From positions 62,001-126,000 of IMG/VR virus record IMGVR_UViG_3300024308_000016: DNA of 64,000 nt; one strand, 5' to 3'. A model generated the notes under the pieces. That model did not search any database and was not told the origin of the DNA. It worked only from the letters and a program-made list of their open reading frames with translations. Both the position numbers and the translations under genes were made by a program. Below, piece by piece: positions 28,762 through 38,830 of this stretch; the stretch's first letter is position 1; each line of letters begins with the position of its first letter.

Positions 28762-29403
28762 TTAGCCTGGAGTGATGCTGAACCGCTTTATCCAGCCCTT
28801 CATGTTACCTCCGTGGCCGTTGGCCATAGAGAACAGAGCGCAAAGCTGATCGGATAGGTACGTCGAACCGATAGACTGTGTGTCTGTGATGTTTGATTCG
28901 AGCTCTCGGATTGTCATTGCCGACCCATCCCTGGTTATTCTCAACCGAACCAGTTTATTGGTTGGCGCGGCTCCCGGGAAGAACGATGTGGCGTGTCCTC
29001 CGCCGGCAAACGTCGCAAAGAATGCCCATAGCCATTTACCACCTTGGGTAATCTCGTACATGTTCCAGCCTAGTTTTGATTCGGATTGACTTCCAAAATC
29101 GAACAGTTGGGCATAGGTATTCTCTGTGACGTAGTCTATCTCCATGGAGAATTTACTCAGCATGAGAAGATTGAAGCGTTTGGTTGGTTCGAGAAATCGG
29201 ACGTTTCCATCCAAACGGTAACACTTTCCGTACGTGGGGTGATCGACGACACCGTCAGTGGGAGTGTTTTGGACAATTCGCTGAAAATTCCAAGTTTCCT
29301 TGGACTGAATATTCAATCCCAGTGTTCCGACGGGTACATCCTCGAATTGGATCAGGAAGTACGGGTTGGGATTGACATTCGTGGAAGAAAGGAGTTCGAT
29401 CAT
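28762..29403 (-). CDS. concanavalin A/LamG-like virion adhesin module
   Basis: Starts MIELLSS; FSMEID..QLFDFG..WLWAF..RLRITRDG..GWIKRFSIT pattern; lower GC. Confidence 0.6.
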   Translation of the reverse strand: MIELLSSTNVNPNPYFLIQFEDVPVGTLGLNIQSKETWNFQRIVQNTPTDGVVDHPTYGKCYRLDGNVRFLEPTKRFNLLMLSKFSMEIDYVTENTYAQLFDFGSQSESKLGWNMYEITQGGKWLWAFFATFAGGGHATSFFPGAAPTNKLVRLRITRDGSAMTIRELESNITDTQSIGSTYLSDQLCALFSMANGHGGNMKGWIKRFSITPG

Positions 29404-29550
29404 GATGTAGCCTTAGAGTATGGTCCACAGGATCAATAGTCCGGCCCAATAAATGCGACTTGTCTAAGGGCCGTGACGTCATACTAACTATTTTTACGAC
29501 CCTCTACTCGTATGGGTTGAGGACTTTAGCCTCTACTTTGGAGAACATCA

Positions 29551-30462
29551 ATGGAATACACCAAAACAACAGCGATGGTGATGGTGGCCGCGATGGCCAT
29601 GACGGGATGCGGGCCTTCGGACAACGGCCCCACCTACGACCCCAGCGCTGCGGCGCGCAACATCACTAGCCAGATGGCTCACCAGCAAACCCAGGAAACT
29701 GCTCAGCTGCTCAAGGAACTGCAAAAGCTCGACCCCACGGTGCGTTCGGTGGACTTTGTGCTGGAAGACGGCCAAAAGACCATCCAGGTGGGTCGCGAGG
29801 CCGCTGATGGCAAACTGACCATCTGGGTGATGCCGCCGGCTGACTATGCCAAGATGGCCTCGGAGACCAACAGCAAGATGGTCGCTTCCGGTCAAGGTGG
29901 CGGCAACCCGGCCAGCCCCAACTCCCCGGCTTCGGGCGGCTATAGTGGCGGCGAGATGCTGATGAGTGCGGGAGCCGGCCTGCTCGCAGGTGCACTGATG
30001 GGTTCCATGCTCAGCAACTCCTCGGGCCGCACGGCATCGTTCACCAGCCCGCAGACCTACAACAGCTATCGCCAAGCGTCCACCAGCAGCTACCGCTCGG
30101 ACCAGCACCGCCAGAGCCTTCGTCGCGAGGATGAAGAGCGCCGCCGCAGCTCCCCGGCCGTAGGCTCCAACACCGCAGCCATGATGGCTGCGCAGCAAGC
30201 GAACATGTCCGGCGCCTCCAGCGCTGCAACAGCGGCCAACCGCTCCTCGGCCGCGACTTCGTCGTTCGCCAACAGCGCTCGTTCCATCTCCGGTGCTCCG
30301 TCTCCGGCAGCGGCGGCCACCAGCGTCAACCGCTCGGCCGCGTTCTCCTCGCCCAGCAGCTCGTACGCGAGCCGTTCGGCGTCGACTAGCCAAGCATTCA
30401 GCTCCTCTTCGGTGGGACGCTCTTCGGCAGGCGGCTTCTCCGGCGGTGCTAGCGCATCCTGA
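29551..30462 (+). CDS. lipoprotein, UPF0323/DUF1190-like, with S/A-rich tail
   Basis: Lipobox MTGC at residue 20; GGYSGGEMLMSAGAGLLAGALMGSML resembles Campylobacter Cj0371; low-complexity tail ending GGFSGG. Confidence 0.7.
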   Translation: MEYTKTTAMVMVAAMAMTGCGPSDNGPTYDPSAAARNITSQMAHQQTQETAQLLKELQKLDPTVRSVDFVLEDGQKTIQVGREAADGKLTIWVMPPADYAKMASETNSKMVASGQGGGNPASPNSPASGGYSGGEMLMSAGAGLLAGALMGSMLSNSSGRTASFTSPQTYNSYRQASTSSYRSDQHRQSLRREDEERRRSSPAVGSNTAAMMAAQQANMSGASSAATAANRSSAATSSFANSARSISGAPSPAAAATSVNRSAAFSSPSSSYASRSASTSQAFSSSSVGRSSAGGFSGGASAS

Positions 30463-30498
30463 TTCCTCCTTCCCTTTTCTCTTCAATAGAAAGCACAC

Positions 30499-31788
30499 AT
30501 GCAAGCTCCATTCATCAAGAAAGCCATCCTGCAGGTTCCTTTCCTGACGGTCGACGAGATCTTCGACCGCGAGATGCCGTTCATTGCGGCATTCAGCCAA
30601 GACCCGGTGTTCCGCAGCAACATCCACACCTGGATGGAGTTCTACGGCCGCAAGCAAGACGCACTGCCCTTCTACCAAGTCGACGCCCAGTGGGGCGAGC
30701 GGCTGCGTCAAGGTTTGACGCTGTTCATGGGCCAGATGCGTGGGGCACTGCAAAACCTCTTCGACACCAGCACGGACGAAGAACTCATGGCGATGTTCCC
30801 GATGCCGGGCGTGGAGCCAGCAGTGAACCTGGCGTTCGTGCAATACGCCCGTTACACGTTCGCCAAGGACCATCCCGCGTTTGGCGGCCGCTTCGATCTG
30901 CAGGTGGACCCCAACACGGGCAAGGCGTTCATCTACGAATTCAACGGCGACACGCCCGCGATGCTGTTCGAGTCGATGAACCTGCAAAACCTCTTTGCCG
31001 TGGTCAATGAAGACGAAGAAGCGCAGCTCAACGACATGTGGGTCAAGACCGAAGAGCGCGGCCTGGTGGACAGCTCCTCCAAGGTGGCCGTGGTGGTCAA
31101 CACCAACTGGCCTGAGGATCTGGGCACCAGCGAAGCCATCGCGCAACTGCTGGAGCAGTCGGGTGCTCAGGTCTTCCTGGCCGACATGACCATGTTCCAG
31201 TTCGACAGCGCAGGCGATCCGGACCGCAATCCCTTCTTCCTGACGTCGGTGCCGTCCACGGACCTGACACACGTGCACATTATGCTGCCGTGGGAGGAAA
31301 TGGTGCAGTCCAACCCGCAGGCCATCTCCCGTTGGCGTGAATGGGGTGACAAGGTCCGTTTCTTCGAACCGGCGTGGCGCTGGTTCATGAGCCACAAGAA
31401 GTTCCTGACGCTGCCTGAGCTGCAGACCTACGGCCTGGCGCGCAGCCATGCCAACTGGGCCGACTACCAGCTCGAGCACGTCACGTTGATCGAGACACCC
31501 AGTGTGGCCGAGGGCGGCTATGTGGCCAAGCCCCAGCTGGGTCGCCAGTCGGCGTCGGTCGTGGTTCATCGTCCGGGGCAGGCGCCTGTGACCAGCCGCA
31601 ACGACAACTACGTCGACTACCCGGTCGTGTACCAGCCCTACAAGGCTCCTGGCCAGATCGAAGGCGCCAACTTCATCGCCTGCATGTGGATGGCAGGTGA
31701 AGAAGCGGCGTCGCTGGCTTTCCGTGAGTTCGACGGCCAGATCCTGGATCTGGAAAATGAACGCGTGATCTTGCACGAACTCGTGTAA
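30499..31788 (+). CDS. glutathionylspermidine synthase-like ATP-grasp ligase (YgiC/YjfC/Cj0372 type)
   Basis: GRFDL...YEFNGDTP.MLFES, FEPAW...SHK, YVAKPQLGRQSASV, VYQ, LAFRE motifs. Confidence 0.85.
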   Translation: MQAPFIKKAILQVPFLTVDEIFDREMPFIAAFSQDPVFRSNIHTWMEFYGRKQDALPFYQVDAQWGERLRQGLTLFMGQMRGALQNLFDTSTDEELMAMFPMPGVEPAVNLAFVQYARYTFAKDHPAFGGRFDLQVDPNTGKAFIYEFNGDTPAMLFESMNLQNLFAVVNEDEEAQLNDMWVKTEERGLVDSSSKVAVVVNTNWPEDLGTSEAIAQLLEQSGAQVFLADMTMFQFDSAGDPDRNPFFLTSVPSTDLTHVHIMLPWEEMVQSNPQAISRWREWGDKVRFFEPAWRWFMSHKKFLTLPELQTYGLARSHANWADYQLEHVTLIETPSVAEGGYVAKPQLGRQSASVVVHRPGQAPVTSRNDNYVDYPVVYQPYKAPGQIEGANFIACMWMAGEEAASLAFREFDGQILDLENERVILHELV

Positions 31789-31867
31789 GCATCATACCCT
31801 CTCGTCCCCTGAGCCCGCAAAGGCTCGGGGGATATCTCTTTGTGTTTCGCAATAGAAAGAACGTATC

Positions 31868-33193
31868 ATGGAAAAGATCGGCGACATCGTCAACAAGACA
31901 GAACAAGAAACTCAAGGCACTCCCGAGCAGCCGGTGCTGGGCGACATCCTCGAAAAGCTCGAACCTCTGGACGAGACCTTCCGTTTGGTAGGCGTTCAAG
32001 ATGCCGGCAGCTTCGATGGCTTTCAGCCGTCCAGTAGCGGCGACGAGTGCCTGACCGAACAGATCTTGGACGACCGCATCAAACGCCTGGAAGGCCTGGT
32101 GATGACTCCGATCCAGACGGCGTTTGCCACACAAAACTCCGCACTGGCCATGGAAGTGCGCAATCAGATCAAGCGTGCCGTGCAAAACTGCTTGATAAGT
32201 GGTCAGTACGGATCCGTCAGCGCCTTCAACAGCATCGAACAAGAGCTGAAAAGCGCTTTGGCTGTGCGTGGTGATGACGTGCAGCGGCGCACCACGCTGA
32301 TGGTGCAGTCCAAGAAGGGCATCAAACAGCTGCTGGTGAGCCAAAGCTACACCATCGCTGACGTCTACTCCAAGGACGGCCACTACCTGGCTACCCGGGA
32401 CATGAACGACACGATGACCACGCTGGTGGCTGTCCGTATCCCCCGGGTGTTCGACCACCAGCACGGCTCGGCCATTGAAGACGAGTTCACCCAGTGGGGC
32501 GAGCGGCTGTACCTGCTGCTGGAAGTGTCCATCCCGCTGAAGGAAGGCAATGCCGGCGTGTTCCTGGAATACATCGAGTCCAAGGACGACATCATCACCA
32601 ACCGCCTGCATCATCTTGCGGCTTTGATGATCAAGATCCTGCCCGATGAAGCTCTCCGGGGTTTCTTCAACCGCCACAACTTCAGCGCCGGCCTGTCCGA
32701 GTACGACAATCCCCGCGTGACCATCCACACCAAGCCGCATGTCTCCGGCTCGTGCACGGATACAGAGACCAAGCTCGTGGTGACTGCTGACCAGTTCAAG
32801 AAGGCCATCGAGGACCGCCTGTCCGGGATACCGGGCGTCAAGGTCAACGATATGTACTCCTGCGGGAAATCGTTGGTCTACCACTTCGTCAACAATAACG
32901 ACGATGTGCTGGCGCGTGCGTTCATCCGGGTGGACGACTCCATCACGGTCGCCACGGTATCTCACCGCGACACATCGGTGGAGTTGATCCATCGGTACCT
33001 GCGTGAGATGCTGGACCGGCTGCTGGCGGAGAACACTGGTAAGCTCAAGGATGTCGCCAACAAGAGCCGCGCACACGCCGTCGACACGCTGACGAAGTAC
33101 TACGCACTCACCAACCCCCGATGGCGTAAGATGCTGGGGCTGAAGCCCGTTATCACGGACAAGGACGACCGCCGTCTGCTGGGTTTGGACTGA
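31868..33193 (+). CDS. hypothetical protein
   Basis: 441 aa; AATAGAAAG at 31851. Confidence 0.8.
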   Translation: MEKIGDIVNKTEQETQGTPEQPVLGDILEKLEPLDETFRLVGVQDAGSFDGFQPSSSGDECLTEQILDDRIKRLEGLVMTPIQTAFATQNSALAMEVRNQIKRAVQNCLISGQYGSVSAFNSIEQELKSALAVRGDDVQRRTTLMVQSKKGIKQLLVSQSYTIADVYSKDGHYLATRDMNDTMTTLVAVRIPRVFDHQHGSAIEDEFTQWGERLYLLLEVSIPLKEGNAGVFLEYIESKDDIITNRLHHLAALMIKILPDEALRGFFNRHNFSAGLSEYDNPRVTIHTKPHVSGSCTDTETKLVVTADQFKKAIEDRLSGIPGVKVNDMYSCGKSLVYHFVNNNDDVLARAFIRVDDSITVATVSHRDTSVELIHRYLREMLDRLLAENTGKLKDVANKSRAHAVDTLTKYYALTNPRWRKMLGLKPVITDKDDRRLLGLD

Positions 33194-33257
33194 TCGATCA
33201 GGGGCCCTTCAGGGCCCCTGACTCTCCCCTCTTCTCTTTTTACCTGAAAGTATTCAC

Positions 33258-34517
33258 ATGCTTCCCATCATCTACAAGCCCGAAATCCCCAGCAAAGACT
33301 ATAAGGTCTCCGACAACATCGCCCTCACCTCCTTGGCGCGTGCCCAGATCCTCGTGGGTAGCGTTGAAGACTCCCTGCGTATGGTGCTGTCGCTGCGCAA
33401 CGCCGGTATATCAAGCGACCGTGAGCCGTTGTGGAATCACGAAGTCGGCATCTCTATCGTCAACCGTGAAACGCTGGTCTCCGACCTTAAAGACAAGGGC
33501 CTGGAGCTGATCCGACGCAGTGCCGACGACTGCAGCGCTTTGTTCGCTACAAGCTCTCCTGGCGTTTTCGTGACGCTGTTCGTAAGCGCTGCGAACTCGC
33601 TGGTCCACAATCTCGACGACGGGCTGTCCAAGTTCATAGGCGCGCAAGTTCAGGTATTCGAGTTCACCGACTCGGGCGTGGGTATCAGCCACTACATCGA
33701 TATTGTCAGGAGCTTCAGTGACAACCCCACCAACAAGGTCCATGGCTGGCTCAGTGCGCTTGAAGCCCAGGCGGGTCAGCTTATCGACTCGCACTACGGA
33801 CACTACTACCCCATCCACAACGCACACCTGAATCCGATCATCTACGAGACGCACGTCCAGGAAAATCCCGTGGGCCTGATAGATTCGCTGAGGATGATGG
33901 AGCGGGTAAATGCCATGCAGGTCTTTACGGACGACTCTACCAAGTATCCGGACACGATCTCAAAAGCCGTGCTGGAAGCTGTGCCGGGCGCTGTGGCCTG
34001 CGTCACCAGCGACGAGCTTCGCATCTTTTCCACCAATGGCGACCGCACCTTCATTGTCGTGCGTCGTGAGCAGCCGGATCCGTTCACCAGTGATGACCGC
34101 ATGCAATACGTGATGGACAGGGCTGTGACTGCCGTATCTCGGGTGTTGAAGGTCTCGGTCTACTCGTCCATCGAGCATACTCCGGAGCTGCTTATCAAAG
34201 TGCTCTTCATGGCCCTGGACAAGGTCGCTCGGGACTATACCAAATGGTACGTCCATGACAATGCGGAAGTTTTAGCGGATCGCAAGAGAAAGGAGAAGAT
34301 CCAAGAACTGGCAACTGGAAAGATCACCAGCACTACAGCGTCCACAGTGCCGGAAGTCGATTATACGCCGTCCGAGCTCATGGAAGATCCCGCCTGTATC
34401 GCCGGGGATCTGGAGAACACCGATATCCTGGACTTGCCAGGCTCCTCGGTCAAGGACAATCCCATTCCTGCTCCTGACCCTCAGGACCTGCACCGACCCT
34501 GGTGGAAGATCTGGTAA
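33258..34517 (+). CDS. hypothetical protein
   Basis: 419 aa; TGAAAG upstream; ends RPWWKIW. Confidence 0.8.
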   Translation: MLPIIYKPEIPSKDYKVSDNIALTSLARAQILVGSVEDSLRMVLSLRNAGISSDREPLWNHEVGISIVNRETLVSDLKDKGLELIRRSADDCSALFATSSPGVFVTLFVSAANSLVHNLDDGLSKFIGAQVQVFEFTDSGVGISHYIDIVRSFSDNPTNKVHGWLSALEAQAGQLIDSHYGHYYPIHNAHLNPIIYETHVQENPVGLIDSLRMMERVNAMQVFTDDSTKYPDTISKAVLEAVPGAVACVTSDELRIFSTNGDRTFIVVRREQPDPFTSDDRMQYVMDRAVTAVSRVLKVSVYSSIEHTPELLIKVLFMALDKVARDYTKWYVHDNAEVLADRKRKEKIQELATGKITSTTASTVPEVDYTPSELMEDPACIAGDLENTDILDLPGSSVKDNPIPAPDPQDLHRPWWKIW

Positions 34518-34553
34518 CTGCTGGCGCCTGATTGAGGCAAAAGAAAAGGCAAT

Positions 34554-34597
34554 ATACATCCCCACCTAGAGCCGCAAGGGTCTAGGTGGGGATGTAT
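34554..34597 (+). terminator. long hairpin preceding promoter P3
   Basis: ATACATCCCCACCTAGAGCC-GCAA-GGGTCTAGGTGGGGATGTAT. Confidence 0.65.
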
Positions 34598-34616
34598 GCC
34601 GTATCTAGAAACTTTC

Positions 34617-34639
34617 AGTCACATATACTCTACTTGAGG
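34617..34639 (+). promoter_or_regulatory. phage promoter copy P3
   Basis: AGTCACATATACTCTACTTGAGG; flanks nearly identical to P6. Confidence 0.75.
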
Positions 34640-34683
34640 CACACCGTTTCAATATCTTTTAACCTTCAAATAGAAAGTTTCAA

Positions 34684-35232
34684 ATGTCCAACGCCAAGAT
34701 CACCTATACCCTGCACCGCATCGTCTCCCTGGATCGCGAAAGCGCGTTCCGTCTTCTGACGCTGATCGACCACACTCCCGATGTGGACTCCCGCGGCACC
34801 ATCAAGTTCCATGGCCCCGTCAAGTGGACCAGCGCCTCTAAGCTGGTGCAGATCGAGGCAGTCGAAGAAACCAACGGCCGCATCCGCTTCACGGTGCGCC
34901 TGCGCGAAAGCGATCAGCGCAACGCCATCTACGAGTGGCTGAACCTGGTCAACCGTGCTGACAACGGCGTCAAGGGTACTGTGCGTAAATCGCTGGTGCC
35001 ACTGGCCTCGATGGTTCGCAGCCTGGGTACCAGCCCCTACTACCGTGTGCGTTCGCATGTGGAGTTCCAGGACCTGCTGAGTTTCTTCGCGATGGAAAGC
35101 CAGGATGACCCCACGTTCCCATGCCTGATCTCCTGTGCTCACCTGGAGATCAAGCGCGTGACCACTATCACTGAGTGCGACTTGTTGGCGGCTTTGTCCA
35201 TGCTGACTGGCTCTGAGTACTCCGCTCAGTAA
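34684..35232 (+). CDS. hypothetical protein
   Basis: First ORF after P3; AATAGAAAG at 34669. Confidence 0.75.
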   Translation: MSNAKITYTLHRIVSLDRESAFRLLTLIDHTPDVDSRGTIKFHGPVKWTSASKLVQIEAVEETNGRIRFTVRLRESDQRNAIYEWLNLVNRADNGVKGTVRKSLVPLASMVRSLGTSPYYRVRSHVEFQDLLSFFAMESQDDPTFPCLISCAHLEIKRVTTITECDLLAALSMLTGSEYSAQ

Positions 35233-35263
35233 GTTCTCCCCTAAATAGAAAGGAACTCGTCCC

Positions 35264-36157
35264 ATGACAACCAATGCGAAATACCGCGAGATCATCTATC
35301 AGCATCTGCTGCATTTTGACAACAGCTGCGCTGGTGATGCAGAAACATGCATGATCTTGATGACCGGCTCCCGGGGCCGGGGAGACTACCGGATGGACAG
35401 CGATGCAGATGTGGTCTTCGTGTATGACTGCCCAATGTCGGACTCGGTCAAGCTGCGCGATCGCATCCGCTTCCGTTCCAGAGAGCACAACATCGACTAC
35501 CAGGGGTTCGAGCTGAAGGTGTTCCTGCGCCTGGTCGCTGAACTCGACCCCCATATCTGGGAGTCGCTGATCAACAGCCTCCCGATCAAGGGGGTCATGA
35601 CGCGAAACATCTTCATCGACCAAATGGATAGCGACGCGTTCTTCAGGCTGATGCATCGCTTTACCAGTGCGCACAACGGTATCCGGGAAAAGGAGTGCTT
35701 GGCGATCACCGAGTACCAGCGTCAGCGCCAGGTGGCTCGGGTGAAGATGGCGATCAACTACGCGGAGATGGCGGAAATCCTGTTTTCTTTCATCAACACC
35801 AACTTTGACGAAGTCAAAGGCGAGCTGCAGACACAGGGCCGCAAGATCTTGCGTATGCGCCTGGCCAACGAAGCCGTGTACGAGAAGGCCCGCAATTTGC
35901 TGATCGCTGCAGCTCGGCCCGGCGAGCGCAAGTCGCTGGCTATGTGCAAGGTGGCTTTCGATATGATTGCCGAGTCGGTGGACAATGTTCATCGGTGTGT
36001 GGAAGGATGCATCAAGCAGATCCGTGAGCGTGAGGGCCAAGCGCATAGCCGGTTCACAGAAGACTTCAACCCCGACAATCCGGAGCTGCAGTCACTCATC
36101 ATGCTTGATGGCATCCACACCACGTACCAGTCGACGTTGTTCACTCAGACGTTCTGA
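35264..36157 (+). CDS. DNA polymerase beta-superfamily nucleotidyltransferase (RlaP/YcgL-like)
   Basis: TGSRGRGDYRMDSDADVVFVY signature, then ELKVFLRL and a helical C-terminus. Confidence 0.75.
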   Translation: MTTNAKYREIIYQHLLHFDNSCAGDAETCMILMTGSRGRGDYRMDSDADVVFVYDCPMSDSVKLRDRIRFRSREHNIDYQGFELKVFLRLVAELDPHIWESLINSLPIKGVMTRNIFIDQMDSDAFFRLMHRFTSAHNGIREKECLAITEYQRQRQVARVKMAINYAEMAEILFSFINTNFDEVKGELQTQGRKILRMRLANEAVYEKARNLLIAAARPGERKSLAMCKVAFDMIAESVDNVHRCVEGCIKQIREREGQAHSRFTEDFNPDNPELQSLIMLDGIHTTYQSTLFTQTF

Positions 36158-36227
36158 CGAGACAGGCTGGAGATCTTATGGAGCTAAGATCTTCTCCTTT
36201 CATCAACTACCTGTCCCATCTCCCCAC

Positions 36228-36452
36228 ATGTCTTCTGTGTTGAACGCATTTCAGCGAGTCCCTCCCAAGTCCGAGCCAAAACCACTGCAAGTGGTGATCC
36301 CCAAGGGCTACGTATTGGACTCCAACGGCCGACCCATCGTGCCCGTTGGTGCCCGCAAGTCGGAGGGCTACTACTCGGACCCGGCTGCTCGCTACTCCTG
36401 TCGCGACACCGCCCGTGAACGGTACTTTGCGATCGCCAAAGGCGGCATATAA
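36228..36452 (+). CDS. small hypothetical protein
   Basis: ATG 36228; followed by a terminator-like hairpin. Confidence 0.55.
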   Translation: MSSVLNAFQRVPPKSEPKPLQVVIPKGYVLDSNGRPIVPVGARKSEGYYSDPAARYSCRDTARERYFAIAKGGI

Positions 36453-36535
36453 GAATATCTTCCCCTGGAGTCCACTCAGCCTCACGGCTGGGTGGGTCTC
36501 CTTTTTTGTTTCTTCCCTAAATAGAAAGTTTTCCA

Positions 36536-37507
36536 ATGAACCTCACTCTGTCCACATTTCCGTCTTGGCACGCTGCGTTTGGCGAGCTCATCGAGTCCAG
36601 CAGCTCTGAGTCTCAGGCGGTCAACAAGATCGCTCGGGAGCTGGGCAATAGTACTGAGGCGATGGTGCGCGCACTGCTGCTGAGCTTTCAGTTCTATCAC
36701 GGAGTGACCAAACACCGCCTCAAGCACTGGAGCTCCCAAGGTTTTAAGCTCAGCCAAGGGGAAGTAGCGCTGATCAAAAAGGCCGGCGTGTCGGCTCTGC
36801 AAAAGCTCGGTGCCAGCGTAGCCAACTTCACCACCGTAGTGCCTCGGCATAATCGAGATAGCTACTCAGACAACGACGAGCTGATGCTGCGCACTACGTT
36901 CTCGTTCAACATCTTCAAAGCCCTGGACAAAGGCGTGTTAATGGAGCTCGCTGACCTGTCGCCGCTTCACAATACGCTGGTGACAAGTGAAAAGGCTCTG
37001 GGGTTGGACACCTTGTTCAAGCCCACTAGCGAGCTGATAGCTCAAATAGCTCCCGAAAACCAGGAGATGTTCAATGAGGCAAGCACTGCAATCACCTCGC
37101 ATCTTACTTGTTTTATGCAAGGCACCTATCAGGTGCGACTCAGACATATCCGAGCTATGCTGGCTGACTCGGTCCTCAGCGACCGCCGAGCTCAGTGCCT
37201 GTATATGACTGACTCCGATCTGGCTGTGCGTGTAATGCACCTGATCGGCTACATCGATTCCACGATCGATGCCCTCAATGACCGCACCAGCTCGGTCAAG
37301 TCCTTGATGGGGCGAAACCCCACCGCCAAGGATATCCGTTCCATCATCCGTGGCAATTGCGCCACCGCACGCTCTCATCTTACTGTGATCCGCAGTGAGC
37401 TCAAGGACATGATGCTGATCTATCATGCCCAGATGAACGTGCGTCGGCGCTTCCCGGAATTCTTCAAGACAATCACGGAGATCCGCACTGCCGGTCCCGA
37501 CAAATGA
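36536..37507 (+). CDS. hypothetical helical protein
   Basis: AATAGAAAG at 36520. Confidence 0.75.
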   Translation: MNLTLSTFPSWHAAFGELIESSSSESQAVNKIARELGNSTEAMVRALLLSFQFYHGVTKHRLKHWSSQGFKLSQGEVALIKKAGVSALQKLGASVANFTTVVPRHNRDSYSDNDELMLRTTFSFNIFKALDKGVLMELADLSPLHNTLVTSEKALGLDTLFKPTSELIAQIAPENQEMFNEASTAITSHLTCFMQGTYQVRLRHIRAMLADSVLSDRRAQCLYMTDSDLAVRVMHLIGYIDSTIDALNDRTSSVKSLMGRNPTAKDIRSIIRGNCATARSHLTVIRSELKDMMLIYHAQMNVRRRFPEFFKTITEIRTAGPDK

Positions 37508-38664
37508 AAGGCTCCCCTGTGTCCAAACATTACATCACCTCCGAGCTGCTGACCATTGCAGCTAACGAACTCCTGGGTAGCCAGGTATTCGCGCGCTTCA
37601 TGCGCGACTGCGACAACTCCAGTTACGGCAAGCCGCCAGCGCACATCACTGAAGGTGACCTCGCGCAGGTCAGCTACATCGTCAACAGTTCGTTCGATAC
37701 AGTCCTTGGCAGGGACCGTGCGCCCAACACACCTAGCGTGCTGTCAAACTACTCCAACGCTGCCATCCTCGATGGTTTGTGCCGCTGGAACTACCGTAAC
37801 AGCGAGGGCATCGCTCGCATTGTGTACTTTGCGATCTCCCTGATCACGAGCCCTATCGTGTTCGAGGCCCGCAAACGCGGAGTCGACCACGCAGTCAGCC
37901 TGCACAACTCGGTGGACTTGACCAACATCCGAGCAGCGATGCTCAAAGACGATCCGGTCTTCTTGGCTCAGGTGTTCCGGGAAGCTTTGATCTCCCAGCC
38001 CCTGATGGCCAAACTGCCGTTGGCCAGAGCCGGTGATGTCTACAACCAACTGACAGCGGTCTCCTCGGCCGCCAACCAGCTGATGGCTGACGGGCAGCTC
38101 GTCGAAGAATCGATGACGTTGCTCAGTCGCACGAGCTCCACCAGCGTGGTGCCCATCCGGCTCGATGGAGCAGAAGCGCGGGAGTCGGCTATCCGACGAC
38201 TGTTCCAGACGGTGCATGCGATCGCTGAGTACAAGACCGAAAAGAGTCACTCGGAGCTTCGCAGCTTCCTGAACACGGCAAGTACCGTTACCAGTTTGGT
38301 ACGCTTCATGAGCGCGGACTACAATGAAGCGGTCAGCGATGTGCTCAGCACACTGCTGCCCGTGGAAAAGCTGATCCAGAACTACTCGTTCACCGCCGGT
38401 GTGCTGCTGCAGCGCGCCCACGCCGGACAGCTGGTGTACGCCGAGATGCTCAACCTGTGCACCCAGTGGTACAGTTTGATCAACGCCGATCTGATGCTCG
38501 TGTTCAAGGTGTTCGCTCACCTGCTGGTCCATGTTGAAGAAGAACTGCCCTCCACTGGAAGTGACGTCACCCGTGACATCTATCGAGTCACTACCGAGTC
38601 GATGCTCAAGCGCGCAGATCTGCCCAAGGTCTACGCGACGACGCACATGCAGCAGTTCCACTGA
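37504..38664 (+). CDS. hypothetical helical protein
   Basis: ATGA coupling; 386 aa. Confidence 0.75.
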   Translation: MKGSPVSKHYITSELLTIAANELLGSQVFARFMRDCDNSSYGKPPAHITEGDLAQVSYIVNSSFDTVLGRDRAPNTPSVLSNYSNAAILDGLCRWNYRNSEGIARIVYFAISLITSPIVFEARKRGVDHAVSLHNSVDLTNIRAAMLKDDPVFLAQVFREALISQPLMAKLPLARAGDVYNQLTAVSSAANQLMADGQLVEESMTLLSRTSSTSVVPIRLDGAEARESAIRRLFQTVHAIAEYKTEKSHSELRSFLNTASTVTSLVRFMSADYNEAVSDVLSTLLPVEKLIQNYSFTAGVLLQRAHAGQLVYAEMLNLCTQWYSLINADLMLVFKVFAHLLVHVEEELPSTGSDVTRDIYRVTTESMLKRADLPKVYATTHMQQFH

Positions 38665-38669
38665 CACAC

Positions 38670-38718
38670 CACTGGCCGGGCTCCTTCGGGAGTCCGGCTG
38701 GTGAGTGCTTTATTTTTT
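38670..38718 (+). terminator. intrinsic terminator
   Basis: TGGCCGGGCTCC-TTCG-GGAGTCCGGCTG plus T tract. Confidence 0.75.
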
Positions 38719-38723
38719 GCCTC

Positions 38724-38760
38724 TTTGTAAACCGATAAGGTCACTTACACCTTACTTGAG
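38724..38760 (+). promoter_or_regulatory. phage promoter copy P4
   Basis: TTTGTAA-N8-GGTCACTTACACCTTACTTGAG. Confidence 0.75.
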
Positions 38761-38830
38761 ATAGACCTGTGTTCTATTTATAGCATGCCGGTTTATCGGG
38801 TGTAGAGTACGCTAAATTGAAAGGAGTCCA

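Noticed and set aside
29548-33076. 742-aa and 467-aa minus ORFs
   Set aside because: Shadows of the lipoprotein, GspS-like and 31868 genes, caused by C-ending codon bias
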